Assembly: GCF_039541115.1 (NCBI RefSeq)
Contig: NZ_BAABFP010000005.1
Span: forward strand, 1 to 64,000
Reading direction: 5' to 3'
DNA: 64,000 nucleotides
From: Angustibacter luteus
GTDB lineage: Bacteria > Actinomycetota > Actinomycetes > Actinomycetales > Angustibacteraceae
Part shown: in pieces, positions 33,309 to 43,048 of the stretch
Numbering within the stretch: position 1 is the stretch's first letter
How the letters are laid out: each line of letters starts with the position of its first letter
The notes under the pieces: model-generated
Database searches by the model: none
Seen by the model: only the letters and a program-made list of their open reading frames with translations
What the model was told of the DNA's origin: nothing
Made by a program: the position numbers and the translations under genes

Positions 33309-35993
33309 ATGGCGACCCGTACGTCTTCCCCCGTACGTCGGTCGGGCAGCACCCGCACGAGCAGCAAGACCGGCAGCACGCGGACCACGTCCCGCAGCTC
33401 CGGCGGCTCGCGGGGGAGCACGCGCCCGGCCGGCCGCAAGCCTGCCCCCAAGTCCGGACTGCCGCTGCCGCTGCGCGCGCTGCGCGGGCTGTGGATGGGC
33501 ACCGCCCACCTTGCCGGCGGGACCGCCCGCCGGATCGGGCACAGCGCGCGCGACCTGGACCCCGCGCACCGTCGTGACGGCATCGGCTTCGCGCTCATCG
33601 CGGTGGCCATCGTCGTCGCGGCCCGCGAGTGGTGGGGCCTGGACGGCCCGGTGGGCGACGGGGTGCACGCGATCGTCGCCGGCACCTTCGGGCGGGTCGC
33701 GCTGGTGCTCCCGCTGGTGCTGCTCGCGCTCGGCGTCCGGATGCTGCGCCACCCGGAGGCGACGGGTGCCAACAGCCGGGTGTCCATCGGCCTGACCACG
33801 CTGGCGGTCGCGGCCTGCGGGCTGGTGCACATCTCCCGCGGTATGCCGGACATCAGCGACGGCTGGGACCAGGTGCGCGACGCCGGTGGGGTCATCGGCT
33901 TCCTCGCCTCCAGTCCGCTGGACCAGGCGATCACCGTCTGGGGCGCCGGGCTGCTCCTCGGCCTGGTCGGCTTCTTCGGCCTGCTCGTGATCACCGCGAC
34001 CCCGGTGCACGCCATCCCGAGCCGGCTGCGCCACCTGGTCGACGTGCTGACCGGGCACGCCGGCGACGCCGACGCCGCCGCACCGGTCACCGACGAGGAC
34101 GCGCCGACCCCGCGCGGACGCCGGGCCCGGCGCAGCGCGGCTGACCTGGCCGACGGCGAGCGGGACGGCGACGAGGCCTTCGAGAAGGCGGCCGTGGTGG
34201 ATGCGGAGGGCCGGCGCCTGCGGCCGGGCCAGAAGCGCCCGGCCGGGTCAGGCTTCCCGGGTGCCCTGGCCGAGACCGCTGCCGCCGGGTCGGCCGCCGT
34301 GCCGGCCACACCCTCGCCGGCCGAAGAGGACCTGGTCGCCCCGCCGACCAACCCGCTGCCGACCCGGGTCGAGCAGCTCGCGCTGGCCGGGGACGTCACG
34401 TACACGTTGCCGGGCAACGAGATCCTGGCGCCGGGCAGCCCGCACAAGGCCCGCAGCGCAGCCAACGACCGCGTGGTGGAGGCGTTGTCCGGGGTGCTCG
34501 AGCAGTTCGACATCGACGCCCAGGTCACCGGCTTCACCCGGGGTCCCACCGTCACCCGCTACGAGGTCGAGCTCGGCAAGGGCACCAAGGTCGAGCGGGT
34601 CACCGCGCTGAGCAAGAACATCGCCTACGCGGTGGCCAGCGCCGACGTCCGGATCCTGTCCCCGATCCCGGGCAAGAGCGCCATCGGCATCGAGATCCCG
34701 AACACCGACCGCGAGAAGGTCAGCCTGGGTGACGTCCTGCGCAGCAGCACCGCCCGGGACAACCACCACCCGATGGTCATGGGTGTCGGCAAGGACGTCG
34801 AGGGCGGCTACGTCATCGCCAACCTGGCCAAGATGCCGCACCTGCTGGTGGCGGGTGCGACCGGCGCGGGCAAGTCGTCCTTCGTGAACTCGATGATCAC
34901 CTCGATCCTGATGCGCTCGACGCCGGACGAGGTGCGGATGGTCCTGGTCGACCCCAAGCGGGTTGAGCTCACCGGGTACGAGGGCATCCCGCACCTGATC
35001 ACCCCGATCATCACGAACCCGAAGAAGGCGGCCGAGGCGCTGCAGTGGGTCGTGCGCGAGATGGACACCCGGTACGACGACCTGGCGGCGTTCGGGTTCA
35101 AGCACATCGACGACTTCAACCGGGCGGCGCGGGCCGGCAAGGTCGTCCCGCCGCCGGGCAGTGAGCGGGTCGTCAAGCCCTACCCCTACCTGCTGGTCAT
35201 CGTCGACGAGCTGGCCGACCTGATGATGGTCGCGCCGCGTGACGTCGAGGACTGCATCGTCCGGATCACCCAGCTGGCCCGGGCCGCCGGCATCCACCTG
35301 GTGCTCGCCACCCAGCGCCCGAGCGTGGACGTCGTCACCGGCCTGATCAAGGCCAACGTGCCGAGCCGGATGGCGTTCGCCACCTCCAGCCTGGCGGACA
35401 GCCGGGTCGTGCTCGACCAACCCGGCGCCGAGAAGCTCATCGGGCAGGGCGACGCGTTGTTCCTGCCGATGGGGGCGAGCAAGCCGATGCGCGTGCAGGG
35501 CGCCTGGGTGACCGAGAGCGAGGTCGCCAAGGTCGTCGAGCACGTCAAGAAGCAGCTCAGCCCTCGCTACCGGGACGACGTCGTGGTCACCCAGGCCAAG
35601 AAGCAGGTGGACGAGGACATCGGCGACGACCTCGACCTGCTGCTGCAGGCCACCGAGCTCGTGGTGACCACGCAGTTCGGCTCGACGTCCATGCTGCAGC
35701 GCAAGCTGCGGGTGGGCTTCGCCAAGGCGGGGCGGCTGATGGACCTGCTCGAGTCGCGCGGCGTGGTCGGCCCGAGCGAGGGCAGCAAGGCTCGCGACGT
35801 GCTGGTGAAGGCCGACGACCTGCCCGCCACGCTGGCGCTGCTGCGGGGCGAGGAGCCGCTGCTGGACGACGTCTACGACGCCGCGGCCGACGCGGTCGGG
35901 CCGGACCCCCTCGGCGGCACCTCGCGGGACTACTCGGACGACGGCTCGGACGACGCCTCCGAGGACGCCTGGGACCTGACCGACCGGCGCTGA
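33309..35993 (+). CDS. ftsK: DNA translocase FtsK
   Basis: N-terminal TMs; PHLLVAGATGAGKS, VDELADLMM, gamma domain SMLQRKLRVGF. Confidence 0.98.
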   Translation: MATRTSSPVRRSGSTRTSSKTGSTRTTSRSSGGSRGSTRPAGRKPAPKSGLPLPLRALRGLWMGTAHLAGGTARRIGHSARDLDPAHRRDGIGFALIAVAIVVAAREWWGLDGPVGDGVHAIVAGTFGRVALVLPLVLLALGVRMLRHPEATGANSRVSIGLTTLAVAACGLVHISRGMPDISDGWDQVRDAGGVIGFLASSPLDQAITVWGAGLLLGLVGFFGLLVITATPVHAIPSRLRHLVDVLTGHAGDADAAAPVTDEDAPTPRGRRARRSAADLADGERDGDEAFEKAAVVDAEGRRLRPGQKRPAGSGFPGALAETAAAGSAAVPATPSPAEEDLVAPPTNPLPTRVEQLALAGDVTYTLPGNEILAPGSPHKARSAANDRVVEALSGVLEQFDIDAQVTGFTRGPTVTRYEVELGKGTKVERVTALSKNIAYAVASADVRILSPIPGKSAIGIEIPNTDREKVSLGDVLRSSTARDNHHPMVMGVGKDVEGGYVIANLAKMPHLLVAGATGAGKSSFVNSMITSILMRSTPDEVRMVLVDPKRVELTGYEGIPHLITPIITNPKKAAEALQWVVREMDTRYDDLAAFGFKHIDDFNRAARAGKVVPPPGSERVVKPYPYLLVIVDELADLMMVAPRDVEDCIVRITQLARAAGIHLVLATQRPSVDVVTGLIKANVPSRMAFATSSLADSRVVLDQPGAEKLIGQGDALFLPMGASKPMRVQGAWVTESEVAKVVEHVKKQLSPRYRDDVVVTQAKKQVDEDIGDDLDLLLQATELVVTTQFGSTSMLQRKLRVGFAKAGRLMDLLESRGVVGPSEGSKARDVLVKADDLPATLALLRGEEPLLDDVYDAAADAVGPDPLGGTSRDYSDDGSDDASEDAWDLTDRR

Positions 35994-36094
35994 CCTGCTG
36001 GTTCGGGTGGCCGGACTGGGGGACGCCTATGTCACTCGGCGGTCCGATTCGCCCGTAGGATGGTGGGGTTGATCAGCAGCGGGAGGACCCCGGC

Positions 36095-37054
36095 ATGAGC
36101 GGGCAGGAGCACGGCGAGAACGCCGCGCCGCTCGGTCATGCCCTGCGTGAGGCGCGCGAGGCCAGGGGCCTGTCGGACGTCCAGATCGGCGAGGCGATCA
36201 ACCTGCGGGCGACTGTGGTGCGAGCCATCGAGAGCGACGACTTCACCCTCTGCGGGGGTGACGTGTACGCCCGCGGGCACGTCCGCGCCTACGCCAAGCA
36301 GGTCGGCCTGGACGCCGCACCGCTGCTCGACGCGTACGCCCAGCGCAAGGGAGTCCAGGCTCCGCCGCCCGTCCGGACCACCGGTCCGGTGGACCGGCCG
36401 CTGACCGGTCCGATCCCGACCAACCGGCCCGGCCGCTCCGGTCAGCCGACGGTGGTGCCGGACGGTGCGGTCCCACCCACGGGCCCGATCGCGGCCCGGC
36501 CGACCCTGCGGCGCGCCCCGGGCTGGAGCTCGAAGGAGCGCCCGCTCGAGCGTTCCGGGCCGAACCGGGCGCTCATCGTGGGCGCTGCCCTCGCCGTGCT
36601 GCTGGTCTTCCTGCTCGTCCAGGTCATCGGCGACCTCCGCTCACCGGGCCGCGGGACCACCCAGGTCGCGTCGCCCAGCGTGTCCGTGCCGGCCGGGCAG
36701 GCCGGGGAGCCGACCCCGAGCCCGACGCCCAGCGCCACCTCGACGTCCACGGGCGAGCCGACGTCCACGTCGTCGCCCACGTCGACGAAGCCGTCGAACG
36801 CGGCGGGCGTCGCGGTCGCGATGAACGTCACCGGTGACTCCTGGGTCTCGGTGCGGGACGCGTCGGGCAAGTCGGTGTTCTCGGGCCTGTTGGTCAAGGG
36901 CGACAAGCGCAAGTTCAGCGACGGCAAGGGGTTGCGGCTCACCCTGGGCAACGCCGGTGGCGTCCGGCTGACCGTGAACGGCAAGCCGCTCGGTGCGGCC
37001 GGCGCGGAGGGTCAGGTCGTCCGGCTCAAGTTCGGACCTGACGACCCTGCGTGA
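36095..37054 (+). CDS. rodZ: RodZ-like HTH-TM-DUF4115 protein
   Basis: LREAREARGLS...YARGHVRAYA; single TM; SWVSVRD...LGNAGGV. Confidence 0.88.
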   Translation: MSGQEHGENAAPLGHALREAREARGLSDVQIGEAINLRATVVRAIESDDFTLCGGDVYARGHVRAYAKQVGLDAAPLLDAYAQRKGVQAPPPVRTTGPVDRPLTGPIPTNRPGRSGQPTVVPDGAVPPTGPIAARPTLRRAPGWSSKERPLERSGPNRALIVGAALAVLLVFLLVQVIGDLRSPGRGTTQVASPSVSVPAGQAGEPTPSPTPSATSTSTGEPTSTSSPTSTKPSNAAGVAVAMNVTGDSWVSVRDASGKSVFSGLLVKGDKRKFSDGKGLRLTLGNAGGVRLTVNGKPLGAAGAEGQVVRLKFGPDDPA

Positions 37055-37239
37055 TGTGTGCTGCCGCAACGAGTTTAGTTGCTGAACGTCACTGATCCTT
37101 TGCGGTTCGTGACCGTTGTGGCCCGTATGAGGTCTTGATCCGACATAGCCATCGAATGTGGCTATGGTGTGCTCGGGCTCGAGGCGCGGGGGCGTCTTGT
37201 CGTCGGGCCGGGGGATGCCGAGATGCGAGGTACGGATTC

Positions 37240-38037
37240 GTGGTGGTCGTGGCCGCACTGCGCGGCGGGGGAGCCGATGCTCCGGGAGTCGTGCGCTGCG
37301 AGGTCGCTGAGACGGGGTCGATCCTGGCGGCGGTGCCTCCCGGTGACGAGGCCGTCGTGGTCCTCGGCGAGGAGCGCGACGCGGCCCTGGTCCGGGCCCA
37401 GGCCAGCGTGCTGGCGGACCGGGACGACGACCGCGCGGTAGCCGCTCGACCCATCCCGCACTCTCCGCTCGCCGTGCTGGCGCTCGCCGCGCTGGCCGCC
37501 GGCAGCCCGTCGCGCGACGCCGGCCAGGTCATGGCCGAGCTCGACGCCGCGATCTCCGCCACCCTGTCGCTGGCCTGGACCCGGGGCGTCGGCGGCCTCG
37601 CCGAACCGCAGCCGACCCTGCGCCAGCACCTGCGCTCCTGGCTGCCCTGGGGCGCCGGTTTCGTCGTCCAGCACTTCCCCGCCCGGGGCGTCCTGCCGGT
37701 CGGCGGCAGCCCACGCACCCCGTGGCCCGCCGGCTCCGAGGCCATCCGGCACGAGCTGTGGGTCAGCGGCGACGCACCGCAGCGCGCCCTGGACTGGGCG
37801 CACGCCGCCGGTGGCACCCAGACCGCCCGTCGGGTCGCCGCCGCGGTGGACCCCAAGCAGCGCTACGGCGCGCCCGGCGCCGTCGAGATGTGCGCCGTGC
37901 CCACCAACCCCGGCGCGCTCGTCCGCTGGGTCACCGACTCGACCTGCCCCGTCTGCACCCGACTGACTCCCACCGGCACGTGCGCCTTCTGCAAGCGCTC
38001 GTCGTCTCCCATCGCCCTTCTTGGAGGTACCGAGTGA
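37240..38037 (+). CDS. Hypothetical protein with C-terminal CxxC-x8-CxxC zinc ribbon; first gene of Tad operon (start uncertain)
   Basis: CPVC...CAFC; stop overlaps cpaB start (GTGA). Confidence 0.7.
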   Translation: MVVVAALRGGGADAPGVVRCEVAETGSILAAVPPGDEAVVVLGEERDAALVRAQASVLADRDDDRAVAARPIPHSPLAVLALAALAAGSPSRDAGQVMAELDAAISATLSLAWTRGVGGLAEPQPTLRQHLRSWLPWGAGFVVQHFPARGVLPVGGSPRTPWPAGSEAIRHELWVSGDAPQRALDWAHAAGGTQTARRVAAAVDPKQRYGAPGAVEMCAVPTNPGALVRWVTDSTCPVCTRLTPTGTCAFCKRSSSPIALLGGTE

Positions 38038-38768
38038 ATCCTCGTCAACGACGAGGCGTCCTGCTGATGGTGATGGCCGGGCTCGCCGCGGTCGTCGTGT
38101 TCGTGGCGCTCGCTTCCTACGTCGGCCAGGTCAACAGCCAGGTCGGCGCCAAGATGACCGTCTGGAAGGCCAGCAAGGACGTGCCGGCCTTCAGCCAGCT
38201 CACCTCGGCCGACCTCGAGCAGGTCTCCGTGCCCGAGAAGTGGGCCCCCAGCACCAGCGTGACCAACTCCGAGCAGCTGGACGGGCGCAAGGTCGGCTTC
38301 AACGTCAAGGCCGGCACCTTCATCACCCAGGACATGCTGGTGCCGCCCTCGGACCTGAGCCCGACCGAGCGCGAGATCGCCATCGACGTGAACGCCGTCA
38401 CCGGCGTGGCCGGGCGGGTCCAACCCGGCGACTTCGTGGACATCTACGCGGTGTTCGCCGACGTCCCCGGGCTGGCCAAGCAGGTCCGGGTGCTGGTCCG
38501 CAACGTGCGGGTGATCTCGGTGGGTGGTCGTCAGACCGTCCAGGCCGACCCGTCCCAGGACGAGGACGGCAAGGCCTCGGACGTGATCCCGGTCTCCCTC
38601 GCGCTCGAGCCGAACGACGCGCTCGCGGTGACCTACGCCGGTGCCTTCGCCGAGGAGGTGCGCCTGGTGAAGCTGCCGACCGGCAACACCCAGAACCGCA
38701 GCGGCGAGAGCGACAAGTACGACGCCGAGCGGCTGGGCGGCAAGGCCGTGGCCGAGGAGGGCAAGTGA
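38034..38768 (+). CDS. cpaB: Flp pilus assembly protein CpaB/RcpC
   Basis: N-terminal TM, SAF-like domain, GVAGRVQPGDFVDI, LVRNVRVISVG. Confidence 0.92.
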   Translation: MNPRQRRGVLLMVMAGLAAVVVFVALASYVGQVNSQVGAKMTVWKASKDVPAFSQLTSADLEQVSVPEKWAPSTSVTNSEQLDGRKVGFNVKAGTFITQDMLVPPSDLSPTEREIAIDVNAVTGVAGRVQPGDFVDIYAVFADVPGLAKQVRVLVRNVRVISVGGRQTVQADPSQDEDGKASDVIPVSLALEPNDALAVTYAGAFAEEVRLVKLPTGNTQNRSGESDKYDAERLGGKAVAEEGK

Positions 38769-40366
38769 TCGTCGTCGTCCTCGGCTGCGCCGAGCAGGCC
38801 CTGAGCTACGAGCTCCGCTCGCGACTCGCCGAGATCGGCGACGTCGAGGTCGCCTACGTCGCCGAGTCCAGCCAGGAGCTGACGAACGCGGTGCTGCGCT
38901 TCGAGCCCGACGTGGTGTTCCTGCACGACGAGCTCGGCCCCCAGCCGTACGCCGACGTCGTGCGCGACCTGTCGATCCGTCGTCCCGGCACCGCCTCGGT
39001 GGTGGTCAGCAGTGACACCGGGAGCGAGTCGTACGCCGCCGCGATGGAGGCTGGCGCTCGCGGCATCGTCACCTACCCGCTCAGCTTCGAGGAGGTGCAG
39101 ACGCGCCTGCAGTCCGCGAACGACTGGGCCCGCACCATGAAGCGCATCGTCTCCGGCGACAGCGGGCAGGACGGGCTGGGCGGCGCGAACGTGATCGCGC
39201 TCTCCGGTGCCAAGGGTGGCGTGGGCACCACGACGCTCGCGGTGCACTTCGGGCTGGACGTCGTCGCCCAGGTCGAGGGGTACCGCGTCGTGCTGGTCGA
39301 CCTAGACCTGGAGAAGGGCGACGTCACGAGCCTGATCGACGTCCGCTGGCGCAGCTCGATCGCCGACCTGGCGAAGGTCGCCGACGACCTCAGCGCCCGG
39401 ACCGTGGTCGACGCCGTCGTCCCGCACGAGAGCGGCCTGCACCTGCTCCCGGCGCCGACCGACGTCCGGGACGTCGAGTACGTGACGCCGTCCGCGGTGC
39501 GCCGGATCATCACGCTGCTGCGCCAGCACTACGACCTGGTGCTGCTGGACGTCGGCAGCCACGTGACACCGGTCCAGGCCGCCGCGGTCGAGCTGGCCGA
39601 CGAGGTGCTCGTGGTGACCACGCCGGACGTGCTGGCCCTGCGGGCGTTGCGTCGTCAGACCACGGCCTGGGAGCAGCTCGGCGTCCGCAAGCACGACATG
39701 GTGCGGGTGCTCGTCAACCAGGCCAGCCGGGACGACGAGGTGCAGGCCGACACGCTGCGCAAGCTCGCCCAGTCGCCGGTCGTCTCCGCCGCCATGCCCG
39801 CTCTCTACCGCAAGCTCGAGCCCGCGGTGAACGCTCGGGACGCGTCCGCGCTGAAGGAGCCGGTGTGGTTCCAGGCGCTGCGGGCCATCGGTGCCGAGGT
39901 CGGCATGGTCCGGGTCACCGCGAACGAGGGCGCGGCGGCCGCCGCGCTGGAGGAGTCGGCGACCCGTCGCGGCCGGCGGCGCGAGGCGTCCCGGCTGAGC
40001 CGTCGCCGTCAGCCCAGCCCGGACGCCGGACAGGTGACGCTGGAGACGGTGGCCCTCCTGCCGCTCGTGCTGCTGATCCTGGCGATCTGCTGGCAGATCG
40101 GCGTCACGGCCATGTCGTCGGTCTGGCTGAACAGCGCCGCCACGGCTGCCTCGCACGCCGTGTCGGTCGGGAGCAGCGCCGCCGAGGTCAACGACGCGGC
40201 CAAGGACCGCGTTCCGGACGGCTTTCGCGACCGGGTCGCGGTGACACCCGCCGTCGGCGGCGACCCGAGCCGGGTGCGGGTCACCGTCAACGTCCCGCTG
40301 GTCACCTTCGCGCTGGGCTCGCCGTGGGACCTCTCGGTGACCCGCAAGGTGGTGACCGAGCCGTGA
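38765..40366 (+). CDS. CpaE/TadZ-like receiver-MinD ATPase fused to a C-terminal TadE-like pilin
   Basis: Receiver-like N-terminus; deviant Walker A GAKGGVGTTT; LVDLDL; then DAG|QVTLE plus TM plus TadE-like tail in the same frame. Confidence 0.85.
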   Translation: MIVVVLGCAEQALSYELRSRLAEIGDVEVAYVAESSQELTNAVLRFEPDVVFLHDELGPQPYADVVRDLSIRRPGTASVVVSSDTGSESYAAAMEAGARGIVTYPLSFEEVQTRLQSANDWARTMKRIVSGDSGQDGLGGANVIALSGAKGGVGTTTLAVHFGLDVVAQVEGYRVVLVDLDLEKGDVTSLIDVRWRSSIADLAKVADDLSARTVVDAVVPHESGLHLLPAPTDVRDVEYVTPSAVRRIITLLRQHYDLVLLDVGSHVTPVQAAAVELADEVLVVTTPDVLALRALRRQTTAWEQLGVRKHDMVRVLVNQASRDDEVQADTLRKLAQSPVVSAAMPALYRKLEPAVNARDASALKEPVWFQALRAIGAEVGMVRVTANEGAAAAALEESATRRGRRREASRLSRRRQPSPDAGQVTLETVALLPLVLLILAICWQIGVTAMSSVWLNSAATAASHAVSVGSSAAEVNDAAKDRVPDGFRDRVAVTPAVGGDPSRVRVTVNVPLVTFALGSPWDLSVTRKVVTEP

Positions 40367-40725
40367 GCCCCACCCGTGCGAACAGGGTCCGTCCGCGCCG
40401 GGCTGGCGGCGACCGCGGCGTCGCGTCGCTCGAGCTCGTCGCCCTGCTGCCGGTGACCCTGTTCATCATGGCCGTGGTGGTCCAGCTCGTCCTCGGCCTG
40501 GCCACGGTGCAGGCCACCAACGACGCCGCGCGGCAGGCGGCCCGGGCCTACAGCCAGGGCCGCAGCGCCTCGCAGGCCGCGCAGGACTCGCTGCCGGCCC
40601 GGATGGACGTGGAGTCCCTGAGCACGTTCGGCCCGGACTACGGCGTCTCGATCACGGTCCAGGTGCCGATGGTCGCTCCCGGGCTGCCGGCGTGGACGGT
40701 CACCCGCAAGGCCGTGATGCCGTGA
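40363..40725 (+). CDS. TadE-like minor pilin
   Basis: DRG|VASLE class III signal, TM, AARQAARA. Confidence 0.88.
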   Translation: MSPTRANRVRPRRAGGDRGVASLELVALLPVTLFIMAVVVQLVLGLATVQATNDAARQAARAYSQGRSASQAAQDSLPARMDVESLSTFGPDYGVSITVQVPMVAPGLPAWTVTRKAVMP

Positions 40726-42128
40726 GGGGCCAGTTCTCCGAAGGCTTCGCCGGGCCGGGCCGCGACGACGACACCCGGACCGGCTCGGCCGCGGCCACCG
40801 GCACCTCCGGCGCCTCGGCCGGGGAGACCGACCAGCGGCTGGTCGAGCGCTTCAAGACCAAGCTGCTCGACGAGGTCGACCTGCACGAGCTGGGCCGGCT
40901 GGACGCCGCTCAGCGCCGCGTGCGGCTCGAGCGGGTCCTCGCCCACCTGGTCTCCCGCGAAGGCATCATCCTGTCCAGCCGGGAGCGCAACGCGCTCATC
41001 CGGCGCGTGGTGGACGACGCCGTGGGCCTCGGCGTGCTCGAGCCACTGCTCGGCGACGACACCATCAGCGAGATCATGATCAACGGCCACCAGGAGCTCT
41101 ACGTCGAGCGCTTCGGCCAGCTCCAGCGGATGCCCTCGGGGTTCACCAGCGAGGAGCAGCTGCTGCAGACCATCGACCGGATGGTCAGCACCGTGAACCG
41201 CCGGGTCGACGAGTCGAGCCCCATGGTCGACGCCCGGCTGCCACCGGACGCCCGGATGCCGCGCGGCGCGCGCGTCCACGTCGTCCTGCCGCCCCTGGCC
41301 CTGAACGGACCGACGGTCACGATCCGGCTGTTCCCCAAGGCGTACGGGCTGGACGAGCTGCTCAAGCGCGGCAGCCTCAACCGGCAGACGGCCGAGCTGC
41401 TGGCCGCCTGCGTGCGGGCCCGGATGAACATCATCGTGTCCGGCGGTACGGCTTCGGGAAAGACGACGATGCTGAACGCGCTGTCGGCCTTCATCCCCGA
41501 GCACGAGCGGATCATCACCATCGAGGACGCCGCCGAGCTGTCCCTGCAGCAGCAGCACCTGGTCCGGCTGGAGACGCGCCCGCCGAACGTCGAGGGTCGC
41601 GGGCAGGTGACGATCCGCGACCTGGTGCGCAACGCCTTGCGCATGCGGCCCGACCGGATCATCGTCGGCGAGGTCCGGGCCGGCGAGGCGCTGGACATGC
41701 TGCAGGCGATGAACACCGGTCACGAGGGCTCCCTCGCCACCGTGCACGCCAACACCAGCGCGGACGCGCTGGCCCGGCTCGAGACGCTGGCGTCGATGAG
41801 CGACGTCGAGGTGCCGTTCCGCGCGTTGCACGAGCAGGTGAACGAGGCGGTCGACATCGTCGTCCAGCTGCAACGCGGGTCGGACGGCACCCGGCGGATC
41901 ACCGAGGTGGCCTGCCTGGAGTCCCGCCGCGACGCACCCTTCGAGGTCCGGCCGGTGATGACCTGGGAGCCGGAGCACATCGGGCCGGACGGCAAGCGCG
42001 GAAGCTTCGTCAGCCACCCGGTCCCGCGTTCGCTGGTGCGCAAGCTGCGCCGCGCGGGCGAGGAGCTCCCGGGATCGGTGCACGCTCTGGACCCGCTGAC
42101 CGGCTCGTCGATGGAGTGGGCCGAGTGA
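40722..42128 (+). CDS. tadA: Tad pilus assembly ATPase TadA/CpaF
   Basis: SGGTASGKTT, TIEDAAEL, NALRMRPDRIIVGEVR, AMNTGHEGSLATVHAN. Confidence 0.96.
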   Translation: MRGQFSEGFAGPGRDDDTRTGSAAATGTSGASAGETDQRLVERFKTKLLDEVDLHELGRLDAAQRRVRLERVLAHLVSREGIILSSRERNALIRRVVDDAVGLGVLEPLLGDDTISEIMINGHQELYVERFGQLQRMPSGFTSEEQLLQTIDRMVSTVNRRVDESSPMVDARLPPDARMPRGARVHVVLPPLALNGPTVTIRLFPKAYGLDELLKRGSLNRQTAELLAACVRARMNIIVSGGTASGKTTMLNALSAFIPEHERIITIEDAAELSLQQQHLVRLETRPPNVEGRGQVTIRDLVRNALRMRPDRIIVGEVRAGEALDMLQAMNTGHEGSLATVHANTSADALARLETLASMSDVEVPFRALHEQVNEAVDIVVQLQRGSDGTRRITEVACLESRRDAPFEVRPVMTWEPEHIGPDGKRGSFVSHPVPRSLVRKLRRAGEELPGSVHALDPLTGSSMEWAE

Positions 42129-43048
42129 TGCTCGCGCTCGCCTTCGCCGCGCTGCTGGTCGCCTCCTTCCTGGCGGTGGCCGGACTGCGGGACGTGCTGG
42201 TCGCCACCGGCCGCACGCAGCGGCTGCGGCTGCTGGTCGTGGACGACTCCCTGGACGCGCGGGCCTCCGCCATGTTCGTCTGGAACCGGCGCTTCGTGCG
42301 GACCCGCCCGGGTCGCTGGGTGCAGCGCCAGCTCGTGCTGGCCGGCGTGGAGCGGCCGCCGCTGCTGGTGGCGATCGTGGTCGCCGCGGCCGCCGTGGCC
42401 TCGGGCTGGGCGCTGTTCGTGGTGCTCGCGCCCGTGTTCGCCCTGCTCGGCGCCGTGATCGGCCTGCAGGGGCTGCGGGTCTTCCTGGCCCGGGCCCGCG
42501 ACCGCCGCCTGGAGGCGTTCATCAACCAGATGCCCGAGCTCGCTCGGGTGCTGGCGAACGCGACGAGCGCCGGGCTCTCGATCCGCACCGCGATCGACAT
42601 GGCCGCCGACGAGCTGGCCGACCCGGCCAGCACCGAGCTGCGCATCGTGGCCGACCAGATGCGCGTCGGTGCGGACCTGGAGACGGCGATGGCGCAGATC
42701 AACGAGCGGCTGCCGTCGCGGGAGATCCGGGTGCTGATCTCGACGCTGCTGGTCTCCTCCCGCAGTGGCGGCTCGCTGGTGACCTCGCTGCGCGACATCG
42801 CCGACACCCTCGAGATGCGCAAGGAGGTGCGCCGCGAGGTGCGCACCGTCCTGGCGCAGGCGGTCCTCACGGGCTACCTCGTGGTCGGGCTGGGCCTGAT
42901 GCTCACCGCGGGGTTGAACCTCTTCCACTCGGGCACGGTGCAGCGGATGACCACCGAGCCGCTCGGTCAGGCGGCCCTGCTCACCAGCGGCGTCCTGTAC
43001 GCGATCGGGCTGCTGATGATCCGCCGGATCACCCGGATCGAACCATGA
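42128..43048 (+). CDS. tadB: Tad platform protein TadB
   Basis: T2SSF-like QMPELARVLANATSAGLS; SRSGGSL; coupled to tadA. Confidence 0.9.
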   Translation: MLALAFAALLVASFLAVAGLRDVLVATGRTQRLRLLVVDDSLDARASAMFVWNRRFVRTRPGRWVQRQLVLAGVERPPLLVAIVVAAAAVASGWALFVVLAPVFALLGAVIGLQGLRVFLARARDRRLEAFINQMPELARVLANATSAGLSIRTAIDMAADELADPASTELRIVADQMRVGADLETAMAQINERLPSREIRVLISTLLVSSRSGGSLVTSLRDIADTLEMRKEVRREVRTVLAQAVLTGYLVVGLGLMLTAGLNLFHSGTVQRMTTEPLGQAALLTSGVLYAIGLLMIRRITRIEP

